DNA from: Bigelowiella natans CCMP2755
Taxonomy: Eukaryota; Protista; Cercozoa
DNA length: 35,996 nucleotides
Direction of reading: 5' to 3'
Assembly (NCBI GenBank): GCA_000320545.1
Contig: ADNK01000198.1
Span: forward strand, 1-35,996
Below the pieces are notes generated by a model, which saw only the letters and a list, made by a program, of their open reading frames with translations, made no database searches and had not been told where the DNA came from. Both the position numbers and the translations under genes were made by a program. This document shows positions 1 through 12,135 of this stretch, piece by piece; within the stretch, counting starts at the first letter, position 1; each line of letters opens with the position of its first letter.

Positions 1-945
1 CTCTTTTCGGAGGGACTGATGATCATCGGAACGACCATCTTTGAGCATTTGTTCTCCATAATCTTAGTGATAGTTGTTGAAATAGTACCATTACCTTTAG
101 TGATAATTGTGTGAAATAGTACTACTACTACTAGTAGTAGTAGTGGCAGTAGTAGTAGCCGTGGTGGTAATAGTTACAGTCAGCATTTTACCAACGCAAC
201 ACCACAAACCACACTAATAAGAAGAAGCACGTACAACATGCTTCTGCTTCTCTCTCAATGTTTGATTGGGGAACCGTTGCGTGTGGTGAGTAGTTATCTT
301 GATAGTGTTTGCTTGGTGAATGCCTGTTACGTGTCGTGACAATTCTTACAAAGCACTCTAATCTAGTTTTCTGAACATTCTACCATTTATGCATAATTTT
401 CTCTTCATTGGATTTGCTAACACGTTTATTTTTAGTACTACCCTCTGGATATAATCCGCAGCGTTGATTGCTGTTTTAAGCTCAGGCTCGAACTATAAAT
501 GAATGCATCATAGTGGGGAGAGAGGGAAAGAAGGAAGCAGGGAGGACATGAACTATAAATAAATACATCATGGGCCTAGGGACACAGAAGAGAGAAGAAG
601 AAGAAGAAGAAGAAGAAGAAGAAGAAGAAGAGAGCCATAGAAGTAAACTTTAAGAATAAAAGTCCAACAAAACAATATCAAGTATTTGTATTTCAAAAAT
701 AAAGTTACAACAAAACAATACTCAAGTAGTTGCATGCCATCATCATCATCATCTGGATAATCTCATTAAACAACCTGTAACTCTCCCGGAAGATAGGGCA
801 GGCAGAAGGGCTTATCTTTGACGAAGTTGAAGAGAAAGCAATTCACCTATTTCATTCGATAGATAGTACGAGATTCACTATTTTATGTTAGAGATCACAA
901 CATAGAGAAATTTAAAAAGTACAGCTATATTTGTGAGAGAGAAAG

Positions 946-988
<43 letters not shown>

Positions 989-1486
989 AGGGAGGGGGAA
1001 GTTCCGTTACCTTCAGCGAGAAGGGCATCTTCCCATCAAAATCACCAGGTTTTCCCGGTGGTAACAATGTGCCACGCCATAGCTCCACAGCCCTCTTTCT
1101 CAGCGTCGTTTTCTTTGGTTTGGGTAGGGTGCTGCTGGAGGAGTTGTGCTTTTCCTCCTCCTCCTCCCTCCTCCTCCTCAAGCTGATCATTATCAGATTC
1201 CTCATGGCGATGAAGAGAACACTTTTTCTCCATTCTCCTCTCTTCTAGATCAGAAAGGAAATATTTGCCCAACCACCACTCCATTCTCTTCACCCTGCTC
1301 TTTTGTTGGGCAGGGCGACTTATCATCTTCTGCATCCCTTACAACAGCAGCAGGTGATTCCTCCTGCCTTTTAACACTCCTTCTAGTCTCATCATCCTCT
1401 TTATCGTTATCAAATGCACCATCATCCGATGATTCTGATGATGGCACAGATGGCGTCTTCTCTACACCCTCTTCTTGCTCATCCAT
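1..1486 (-). CDS. SPOC-domain protein (DIDO/PHF3/BYE1-type SPOC), multi-exon, 3' end beyond the window
   Basis: Phase-consistent GT-AG exons ~1486-1270, ~1182-1011, 846-775, 492-442 and 62-<1 give ...ELWRGTLLPPGKPGDFDGKMPFSLK|VNCFLFNFVKDKPFCLPYLPGELQ|FEPELKTAINAADYIQR|IMENKCSKMVVPMIISPSEK. By eye this follows the SPOC pattern (WxG ... LP..l.i ... DY ... P). The 5' end is uncertain, and there is a probable 1-nt error in the (CTC)n run near 1166. Confidence 0.6.
490..571. repeat. 22-bp direct repeat (60-bp spacing) containing a 3' splice site of the SPOC gene
   Basis: gaactataaatgaatgcatcat (490-511) versus gaactataaataaatacatcat (550-571). Confidence 0.8.
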
Positions 1487-1737
1487 GTTTTTGACTGATG
1501 ATTTTAGGTGTCGCTTTCACCGACTCGATTGTTCGCAAAGCTTTACTTGTCCTTTCTAGACTAGATCTAACAGAGTGAATGAAGATCCACCATGATGTAA
1601 TGATGTGATGTGCAATAACTCGTAAGGAGAGTGCGAGCTTCTTCTTCTTCTTCTTCTTCTTGACTTAACTTACTTACTAGGATATTTTCATAGATGTAGA
1701 TCTACCAACTTAATCTAATAACATTAATCGGACAATG

Positions 1738-1772
<35 letters not shown>

Positions 1773-1910
1773 AGTGTGCCACGAGTACTCTTCGTCGTTC
1801 TTCGTTAGTATTTCCTGCTGCTGCTGATGAACCCTACGAGTAGATCTACGTAGGTTCCTAATAAGTTATTCTAGTCGCATCCTTCACTTCCCAGGGGTCT
1901 GCAGTACATG

Positions 1911-2062
1911 TACGACGATTATCGAGTAGATCTAGTTTCATACGGTAGATCTACGACAATCATCGAGTAGTTAGTTAGTTAGTTAGTTAGTTATTCTTTT
2001 CGCGCCCTTGACTTCCCTAGTTTCATACAGTACGACAATCATCGAGTAGTTTCCTACGACAA
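1911..2062. repeat. Short dispersed direct repeats in the divergent SPOC/MetRS spacer
   Basis: tacgac(a/g)at(c/t)atcgagtag at 1911, 1952 and 2031; ctagtttcatac at 1932 and 2017. Confidence 0.8.
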
Positions 2063-2108
2063 CAATGACAACGAACGATGACAACACCAACAACACCAAC
2101 AACACCAC

Positions 2109-2163
<55 letters not shown>

Positions 2164-2371
2164 ACAACAACACGCAACGATTATAACAACAAGGTCAACG
2201 ACACGTCGTTTAATTTGATCATCGCAAAACTAACTATTATATTGAAATTACATGTAGTTTTGACATTGCGACAAGGTCATTTCTTGTTTAAATTATTAAA
2301 TCTCGCTTCATCTTTCCGTAGTCATAATCTACCCCACCACCACAAACCTGGAAGGCAACATTTGACCTCGA

Positions 2372-2947
2372 ATGAGGTTCGGCAGGAATACGACTGGCCT
2401 CTTGCTGGTATGTGGAAAGAAAAAGGACTTCTGTGAAGACTGGGGGTGTAGAAGAAATATCCCCTGAAAGAAAAAAAAAGAAGAAATACATTAATAATAC
2501 CTGGAGCTGGCACATTAACACCCGCGTGCATCATCATTGATTGATCTTTATTTAAAAAATACAGTTTCAACGTACATGTTTTATTGCGTAATAGACCTGT
2601 TGTTTCACCATCGTCGCTCTCCTCTTTTTCTCCATCATGGCAACATCCTCTGCATGGCTTCGTAGCACTGCAGCAGCATCGTCAAGGTGAACATCGAGTC
2701 GAAGAAGAAGAAAAAAAGAAGAAGAAGAAAAAGAAGAGGAAGATTAAAATTAAGATTGCTATTAATTTGTGTTGAATGGAATTCTGAATTATAATTTACT
2801 ACATTAGTGGATAACAAATTTCTACTACTACTACTACTACTATTACCACACTACTACCACTACGACTTATCAGGCACAGCAGCAGCAGCAGCAGCAGGCT
2901 TGCAATCTCAAGGACAAGTAGGCCTTTGGCAAGTAGTAGTAGTAGTC

Positions 2948-2992
<45 letters not shown>

Positions 2993-3245
2993 ACAATAAT
3001 AGTAGTATCCATTGCCAGGCACAGAAGTGTGTCACCTGTCTGTCGTGTATGTATGTATGTGTGCATGTAACTTAAATCGATATGTATTATTTGTGTGTGG
3101 TTATGGTCGATACTTTGGGGAATTGAATAGATTTAATGAATATTTATAGGTTCACGGATAACAGCCAGAATGTTCAACAACAAAAATTATAAAAAGTGGG
3201 TGACACCACGGTCAGCAGCATCGACACGGTGCTACTCTTCGGAGA
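2372..3245 (+). other. Bipartite targeting presequence of MetRS (signal peptide plus Ser/Arg-rich transit-like peptide), with internal ATG at 2637
   Basis: Exons 2372-2407, 2595-2686, 2874-2917 (or 2932) and 3150-3289 splice in frame to MRFGRNTTGLLL|TCCFTIVALLFFSIMATSSAWLRSTAAASSR|HSSSSSSRLAISRT...|SRITARMFNNKNYKKWVTPRSAASTRCYSS. Confidence 0.75.
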
Positions 3246-3575
3246 CCAAAACCGATGGCGGGAACAACAATAAGTTCTACATTACTACGGTGAGGAATAA
3301 TGATATATCATGCGTCATTAATTTCTTCGTCACGATCACTGGTTAAAAGTAAAGCCTTTAACAAAAAGTAGGCATGCAGCAGGAATTTTTGCGAACAACC
3401 AGTTCTTTCTAATTTTCCCCTTCTTCATTAATCATTATTACCCTCAAATGCAAAATATGGAGGCGGTGGGGGAGGGAAGACTACTGGGATACCAAAATTT
3501 CACTTTTCTTGTTTTTTATTTATCATTCGTTCCCGTTTTGTCATCATCATCATCATCATCATTATCTATCACACA

Positions 3576-3629
<54 letters not shown>

Positions 3630-4162
3630 ACAAACTTGTGCAACTTATACTCTACCCACAACTATTACTACTATTACTACTATTACTACTACTACTACTA
3701 CTAACTGGGAAACGGACGACATAGAATGATGATGATATACATGATTCTCCTTCTTCTTCTTCTTCTTCTCCAATGATATTATTGCACCAACATTACTCAT
3801 GTGGATTATGATGATGGTAGAGTACTTTGTAAGTGTAAGTGTGTAAGTGTTACCGTCTATCCTCTAATCAGTCTTTCTTCTTCCCAACTCCTTTGTATCA
3901 TCATCATCATCATCATCTTAGTGTTCACATGACATATTTATCCGGACAACTGAAGAAAGGTACAGAACAACATCACTCAAACAATCATGATCATCATCAT
4001 GATCATGATAATAGGCATAAAGAGGCTGCCACTGCTCTGTGGAAAATGTTGGAAGAAAAGGGGCAGATATATCTTGGATACTATGAAGGTTGGTAGTAGT
4101 AGTATACTTCAAGAAGAACAAGTACTACTGCTATATTTTTATTATTGTTTTTGTTTTTTATA

Positions 4163-4196
<34 letters not shown>

Positions 4197-5022
4197 TTAC
4201 TACTACCCAAAAAAATGGTAGTTAAAAGCAGCCAAAAGTTGGTGATACAATGTGAATATATGAACAAGAATAAACAAAAAAAATTGTTGCGTCGTTGTGT
4301 GTGTGATGTATTTTGTCAATGAATCAAAATAGGGTGGTATTCTGTGCGGGACGAAACATACTACAAAGAGAGTGAGTTGGTGGATGGAAAGGTAGTACTA
4401 GCAGTTGTAGGATCAGAAGTACTACTACTACTGATAGAGGAGGAGGAGGAGGAGTGCTTATACAATATAGTATTAGTATTAGTAGTAGGAGCAGCGGGTT
4501 GGTAGATAGATGATGATGATGGAGAGAGGTAGTAGTAGTAGTAGTAGTACATACAGCTGTGTTAGTTGTAGTAGTTTGTGATCGAAACTACTATGGAGGA
4601 GGAGGAGGAGGAGGAGGAGGAGGAGGGCATTATTCTCCATTGTGTATATGCATCATACTATTCATTCGGCGGTATTACTACTGCTGCTGCTGTCTACTTC
4701 TAATGCTACTAGTAGTACTAGTACTATATATTACTCGACTACCTCTACCACCTGTAACTCTGCTGCTGCAAATTCTCATGTAGTAACAACAAAAGGTTAT
4801 TCTTAGTAGTTTTTGATTGTGATCATCATCGTAGGCACCGACAGGAGCGGAAGTTGAGTGGGTGGTGAAGGAACCCTCTTATTTCTTCAAGGTGATTCAT
4901 TGAAGATTGATGATTTTAATGATTGATGATGATAGATGATAGATGATGATGCTGTGTGTATCATGAGGAGGATTCTCATAATGGTAGATAGATATATTGT
5001 TATGTGTGTGCTTCCGTGTGTT

Positions 5023-5058
<36 letters not shown>

Positions 5059-5349
5059 TCCGTGTGTTTATGTGTGTGTGTGTTATCAAAGCATTACTAC
5101 TATTATTAATCCAGTGATTTTTGAGTATTCTCTCGTTTGTTTGGTTATTTTTGTTCTTTTTGTTCTTCTTCTTCTTCTTCTTCTTCTTCTTCTTCTTCTT
5201 CTTTTTTATTATGTACAATCAGCTTTCCGAATGGCAGCAACCATTGCTCGACTTTTATGAAAGAAATCCTGGTAGGATATATCATTTAATACAATATATT
5301 ATAATAAAAAATACACTGATACGAGACGAGGAGAGGGAGGGAAAATATA

Positions 5350-5390
<41 letters not shown>

Positions 5391-6541
5391 GACATGGCAA
5401 TAAACACTGATTGGAAGGAAATAAAAAGAATCCAACTTTAAATGCTGGTCTACTGCAACAACAACAACTACAACAAGTACTAGTACTTCACTACTACTCA
5501 AAGGAGCAGCTAAATATATCAGTGTGAATATAAATAAATATAGAAATCCTACATGATCAGATTTCCTTCAGCCTGCGAACAGAAAAGCAGAAGTTGTTAA
5601 CTTCGTGTCTGGCGGTCTCCAAGACTTGTCAATCAGGTAGTATCATCCATGATATCTCTCTTGATCTCTCTTGATCTACCATCTATCATCTATCATCTAT
5701 CATCTATCTCCATCTATCATCATCATCCTCACTACTACTTTTCACAGTCGTACGACATTTGATTGGGGTGTACCTGTTCCTGGTGATGAAGAAAAAAGAC
5801 ACGTGATGTAAGTTTAGAGGAAGTAGGATCATTTGTCTTTGTCTTCTCCTCCTCCTCCTCCTCCTCCTACTACTACTACTTCTACTACTACTACTACTGC
5901 TACTTCTCCTATTATCCAGTCAATAGTCACACATAACGATGCTGTTATCACCACCACCACCACCATCATCATCATCAACATCATCATCATCATCATCACT
6001 AGGTACGTATGGATAGATGCATTGACGAACTATCTCACGGCAACCGGATTCCCCTGGAATGATGATGATGATGATGATAGCAGTAAATTCTGGCCTCCTT
6101 CTATGCATGTCATGGGTTAGTGTTGCTACAAACAAACAAACAAACGAGAGCTTAATACAAATATTATTAACATTGTTACTGATCTAATTGGTCATTGCTG
6201 CTGCTTGCTTGCTTGGGAGAATGATGATGATAAATTATCATTAGGGTTGGTTGGTTGCTCATCCATAATTTGATATTCATATAGATCTCTTTCCTCCCCA
6301 TTTCATATGTAGTACCAACTATTATGAACGAGAATCATAACTAACCGTTAAGTTTACCAAAAAAGGCATTAATAATAATTAATAATAATGATTTATTGCA
6401 GGAAAAGACATCTTAAGGTTTCATGCTGTGTATTGGCCTGCATTGCTAATGGCAGCGGTACTACATAATAAAATAATATATATATATAAACAATTTGTTC
6501 TCACCAGAAAAAGCAGCAGCAGCAGCAGCAGCAGCAACGAC

Positions 6542-6576
<35 letters not shown>

Positions 6577-7002
6577 CCAAATAATGTATGTCCCCCCCCC
6601 ATGGAAGAAGTAATAATAATAATAATAATAAGAAGAAGAAGAAGAAGGAGAATATTATCAACACATGTATGATGATGATGGTGATGATATATGCAGGGCT
6701 TAGAGCCTCCAAAGAGCGTGTTTGCTCATGGGTGGTGGATGCGAGATGGTCAAAAGGTAGGTAGTGGGTAGGTAGGTAGGTAGGTAGGTAGGTAGGTGGG
6801 TATTATTATTCATGTAGCTAGGTACTACCTACTACCCGCTGCTGCTGTGTCTGCTGATTCTGACGTCATTGTGAAGAATGACGATGGACTCTTCTTCTTC
6901 TTCTTCTTCTTCTTTTTCAACTCACAACGACTCTTCTCCCTCCCCTCTACTTAGATGTCTAAGTCAATTGGAAATGTCATCGATCCTATGGACCTGCTTC
7001 AA

Positions 7003-7034
<32 letters not shown>

Positions 7035-7245
7035 TCTATATTTATTTATTTGTTTATTTATTCTGCTACTACATGATCAGAAAGAACGAATAGTACGTAT
7101 CACTGATATTATTTTATCATGTTTGAATTAATATTAATTATAATACAAGATAATGTTGTTGTGTTTGCTGTCTAAGGTACGGAGTTGATCAAACACGATA
7201 CTTCTTAGCATCTAGGTAGTAGTAGTAGTTGTAGTAGTAGTAGTG

Positions 7246-7308
<63 letters not shown>

Positions 7309-10064
7309 CGTGTGTGTGAAAGTAAATCTTTTAGAATAAGCCCAACAGTTTGTCATGTAGAAAAGTCAATGTAATAATGACATATTTCACAACATTTATA
7401 TTCAATATTATACAGTGTAAGTTTTGGTGATGATGGCGATTATAACGAAGAAGCGATGCTTACGGTAGTAACAACAACAACAATTATCTTTGTGTCAATC
7501 AACACGAGGAAAGCAGTGAAAGTACCTCCCCTTCTCCTCCATATCCTCCCCAATCCCTCTTCCTTCTTTGGTGTAGTTGTTAGATGCATCACTGTTATCA
7601 TCATCATCATCATCATCATCATCATAGCACTACAATTTCAGATGATGATGATGATGATGATGATCAACAGGCATGTAACGGGGTATTAGCAAATGGATTG
7701 GGGAATCTGGCGCAGAGGTAGGTAGTAGTAGTGCCTTAAGATAGATTACTTACGTGATCATATAACTACTACTACTACTACTACTAGCACTACTACTTCT
7801 ACTACTACTGGAATGGATTCACCCATAACAACCAGTCAATCAACCACATCTTATCGATTAAATAGAAAGCAGCAGCGAAGGAGGAAGAAGTGGAGAGTAC
7901 CACCACATAAATTTTATTATGATTATAATCATTATTATCATTATCATTCTCGTCTCGTAGCAGTGTTATTATTGATTGGTTGATCATTCGCAACTACTAC
8001 TTTCCCATGATCATCGTGATCATGATCTTTATCATTAGATCCCTTTCTCTCTGCTTCAAGAACTGTGAGAAGAGCTTACCTCAGAAGCCAGAGGACGACA
8101 AACTCACAGAAAAAGACCGAAAACTTCTCAAGGTATTGATGCTGCCCCCTGCCTGTATGTACCCCGCTAAGAACCGATGACGCACACACTAAGCACACAC
8201 ACACTAAGCACATCATCACATGTGCGTACAGAAATCAGTAATATTATTATTTCTACACTCTCTCTAGGATGCGGAGGAATTGTTTTCTGTTGTGGATAAA
8301 TCGGTTGCATCAAAACAGCTACATAACTACTGCAAGAACATCCATTTTTTCGTCAAGGTAGTTAAGGAGGCTACTACTACTAATGGAAAACAAATGTTAA
8401 AGACTAGTAGTAGTAGCAGTCAGTAGTCATAATAAGTAGTTGTAGTAAACATAAACGCCCTTTGAGCAATGAGAGGAGAAAAAGAGCACAGCAACAAGCA
8501 GAGGAAAATTGAAGGAGGAGGAGGAGGAGGAGGAGGAAGAAGAAGAGAGACCCAATCATTAAGAACAGCTATTCAGACAAATAAACACCAGTCACCATCC
8601 ATTCATTATAACGTGATGAGCTCTACCATCGGTTGTTGTTCACTTATTATGCACCACACTATTCATTACGGAATACAAGTGTGATGATGATGATCATGAT
8701 GATGATTTGTCGCTTTTCTTAAGGATGCAAATGTGTACATCGATGGAGAAGCACCTTGGTCTTTGAAGAAAACAGATCCGGTAGTAAGTAGCACACACAA
8801 CGTGGTGATTTGCTGCATCATCATCACATCATCATCATCATCATCATTATCATTATCATCGTCGTCGTCATCACCATATTATGCGAATATGTAGACGTGT
8901 GGGGTTGTTGAGTAGTGGCAGCAGATATTTGACGATTTTCTTGATTAATGAGCCAATCTATCTATCTCTCTATCTATCTATCTACCAATAGGATCGAATG
9001 AAAGTGGTATTATGGGTGGTCTTAGAGGTATTATTATTATTATTATTAATATCATCATTTCTGCCACAAAGAGAAGAAGTGAATTAGAAGAATAAGAGAA
9101 GAAGAGAATATCATGATGACGTGATCAACAGCAGGAGGAGGATGAGAAGGAGGAGGATGGATATTAATGAAGAGAAACAAAATATGCTAGAAAAATAAAA
9201 CTATTAATTAGTAGGAAACCCTTAACCCTATCTATTCAGCTTACGAAGAGAAAAATAACACCTGGAGAATGATTTACCTTTCGCTTCTTTTGTGTGCCTT
9301 TCTTTTCCTTCTTCTTCCTCACATTCATTCAATATTTTCCCTTGTTCTCGCTCATAAATTAAGTAAGTACTTCCTCAATGTGTTTGTCTCGTATTTTCCT
9401 ATGAAAATTAGTCCGTGAGGCGTGTGGCCATTATGCTACAGCCAGTGGTATGAATAAAGAGAATAAAAGGGGGGGGGGATGAACAACGGAGATTCCAACA
9501 AGTTACTACTCTGAAAATAGTAGTAACAAGTAGGGAAAAGAAAGAACAAAACTACTTACATTAGAAGGAGGACCGAGATACTACTTAGAAATAATGACGA
9601 GATCATTTATGTTAGCACCACATCTATATTGTAGGATAACAAATACTACTAACGTGCAAAAAAGCAGTACTTATCATATCATTGATATAATCGTCGCATA
9701 ATTTGTATATAGATGCCGACAGCAATGAAGTCACTTCTCGATCAACTCCGGATCGGGGAAAGTGATAGGACCTTTGCAAATCTCAAGGTAACAGTACAAT
9801 GCTGTTGTACTATAATTCGTCTAGTATGTTGCCCCTGACAGTCCTCGTAAATATGGTATATCATGATATGTGTGCGGCTGCTGTCACAAAAACTCACTCA
9901 CCCCTCCCCCTCTTTTGTTTCAGTTCTAATGTTTTCCCTTTGCTTCAAGTATTTAACGGTGGTGGTTTCTAATTCACTAGAGTTCGGAATTGCAAGCTGA
10001 AGATATAACAAAACCGGTTGCCGTGTTTCCTCGTGTTGAAGCAGAGACGAGTAGTACAGCATGA
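2372..10064 (+). CDS. metG: Methionyl-tRNA synthetase, organellar (bacterial-type), ~25 exons
   Basis: Spliced exons give KFYITT, DIFIRTTEERH, GYYEGWYSVRDETYY, EPSYFFKLS, DLSISRTTFDWGVPVP, YVWIDALTNY, GKDILRFHAVYWPALLMA, FAHGWW, GQK|MSKSIGN (KMSKS split by intron 6757-6954), LANGLGNLAQR, APWSLKK and KPVAVFPR, ending at TGA 10062-10064. The HIGH and GTDEHG segment was not found. Confidence 0.95.
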
Positions 10065-11300
10065 TGCAGTACTCGAAAGCACGCTTTGAGCTGATGGTTA
10101 TCTGGGTGGAGATATGGCTGGAATCATTGTGCCGCAGAATTGAAATGCACATCTAATACGCTTTGAAAGATGGACTGGCAACAAAAAAGTATCGCATCGT
10201 CATCGCATGGTCGTGTGTGTATGGATATACTGGTACGCGGCATTATTCATTGACTCATGTAAAGTCGCAGCTAAGTCCAAACACTGCTACAATGTACGAA
10301 TATACATCTAGACGAGTCTGCTGCTGTGTGATCAAACGGTTTCGATCATGCTTGCTCTGCTACGCGCCTCAACATAGCTCGCAACGCATGCTAGCATGTG
10401 TACCTTGCGCGCTATTTGTACTAGCTAGCTAGCTAGCTAGTGTTGTGTATTACAGGCATTGTATGTGTAAAACTAGATAACCTTGCGGCTTGCAATGCAG
10501 TACTAGAGTAGTCATGCGATGCATGTCTTAGCTAGCGCTAGCTAGCTAGATGCTGTGACTAACGTGCTAGGCATGCTAGCATGGCCTGCATGCTATTTCT
10601 AGATTTGCATGGTCATTTCTACTACACATATGCAGCGCATGCACTCACTAAGCAAATGATGCACGTTCTAGCGTTGTGCAGGGACCTGTAGGTCCCTACA
10701 TGGGCATGCTGTCTTCGACATGTGTATCAACCACTTCACAATTGTTGGTACGACACATGCTTGTGTATGTCGTGGTTTGTTTAGTGCATGTGTGGATGTG
10801 AAGAGAGCATGTGTGCTTTTTTAGTGCACCTGGAGTGCATGTGTACATGTGTTATTCACATACGCGTACCCATGCAGGCACCTATGTAGGTCCCTATATG
10901 TAGTAGTTATTGAGATGCGTCTTCAGAGTGCGCATGCGCACTTAACATGCTGACGACAACATGTCTAGATTTGCACAAATATATATCATGCTGTCGCTGT
11001 GCCATATGATTGTCCACATGAACTAGTTATAGATGAAGCTAGATGTGGGTTTACCCATGAAGAAGTGATGAGGCAAATAGCGACGACTGCTAGACTGGCT
11101 ATAGCTGGGCAGGCTAGCAGGCTTCATACAGGGCGCACAGAGAGCTAACTTGGATGCGCTCTTGCATGCTGTGTTTAGCGTTTACTACTTTAGTGAGTCT
11201 AGATGTGCGTGATACATATATCTAGACTTTTGATGATGCGCACAATGGTTCGACTTCGTTTATGTATGTAATCGGCTTGCGTTCACACTACTTGTTCTGA
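10065..11300. other. Convergent-gene spacer, CTAG/CATG/TGCA-rich and microsatellite-poor
   Basis: Dense gctagc, gcatgc and ctagat words; a 16-bp perfect palindrome at 10927-10942; a hairpin at 10680-10697. Confidence 0.7.
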
Positions 11301-11740
11301 TCAATGTGATGTATGTACCGAAGCTTCTCTTATGTGGATATGCATATGTGCGACGACGTACAGTACTAATGAAGACATACGTCCATGTATTTGGGATGTA
11401 TTAATATGTGGTCGTAGCTGAAGAACAACTTTAATTTCATCATCATCATCATCATCATCATTATTTTTTGTGGGTAGTAGCAGTGGCAAGGTCAGCCTCT
11501 CGTATGTTTCTTGCATCTTTGTTATCAGCTCTGCATCAGGGGTTGCCAAGAATTTGTCGTACGCTCGCTTTTGCCGCTAGGGGGGGGGGGGAATGATTTC
11601 ATCAGAGAAGAGAAATAATAATAGTGGTTGTCATAAGAAGAATAAGAAGAAGAAGCAGCATACTGAAATCGGAGAAATTATACAGCACAAATCGAAAGCA
11701 CCGGCAACAGTTATAGTAATGTGCTCTTGGTTGAAGAAAC

Positions 11741-11810
<70 letters not shown>

Positions 11811-12101
11811 GGGGGGAGGGGGGGTGGGAAGGAATTTTCTCTCTGTCTTTGAGGAGATACATATTTCGTTCAATGCTGGTGGTGGTGTTATCCAAATTTA
11901 CGAGGGTGTGGATGATGTGATGTGGTGTGATGTGATGTGATGGATGCAGTCGTTTTGTTTATCGCTTTACATCATGTTTTATATTATGATTACCTCGATG
12001 TCCCTTCTCCTTCTCTTCTCTTCTTCTGTATAATCCACCTGTCGTCAATAGGAGAGCAAAGTACAAGATGAGAACTAGTCTTCTTCCACGTGAGAAGTAG
12101 C

Positions 12102-12135
<34 letters not shown>

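Noticed and set aside
1155-1182. Frameshift in the SPOC gene
   Set aside because: One extra C inside a (CTC)n run is more simply a sequencing error than recoding or pseudogenisation.
1911-2062. CRISPR-like repeat array
   Set aside because: Only three short repeats, irregular spacing, spacers that include simple repeats, a eukaryotic context and no cas genes.
3701-3727. ctaactgggaaacggacgac resembling the missing LTGTDEHG motif
   Set aside because: It needs a 2-nt frameshift, diverges after TD and has no flanking splice sites, so it is probably chance.
10163-10432. Short ORFs in the CTAG-rich spacers (also 29467-30558)
   Set aside because: No recognisable motifs or transposase/RT signatures, and no supporting splice chain.
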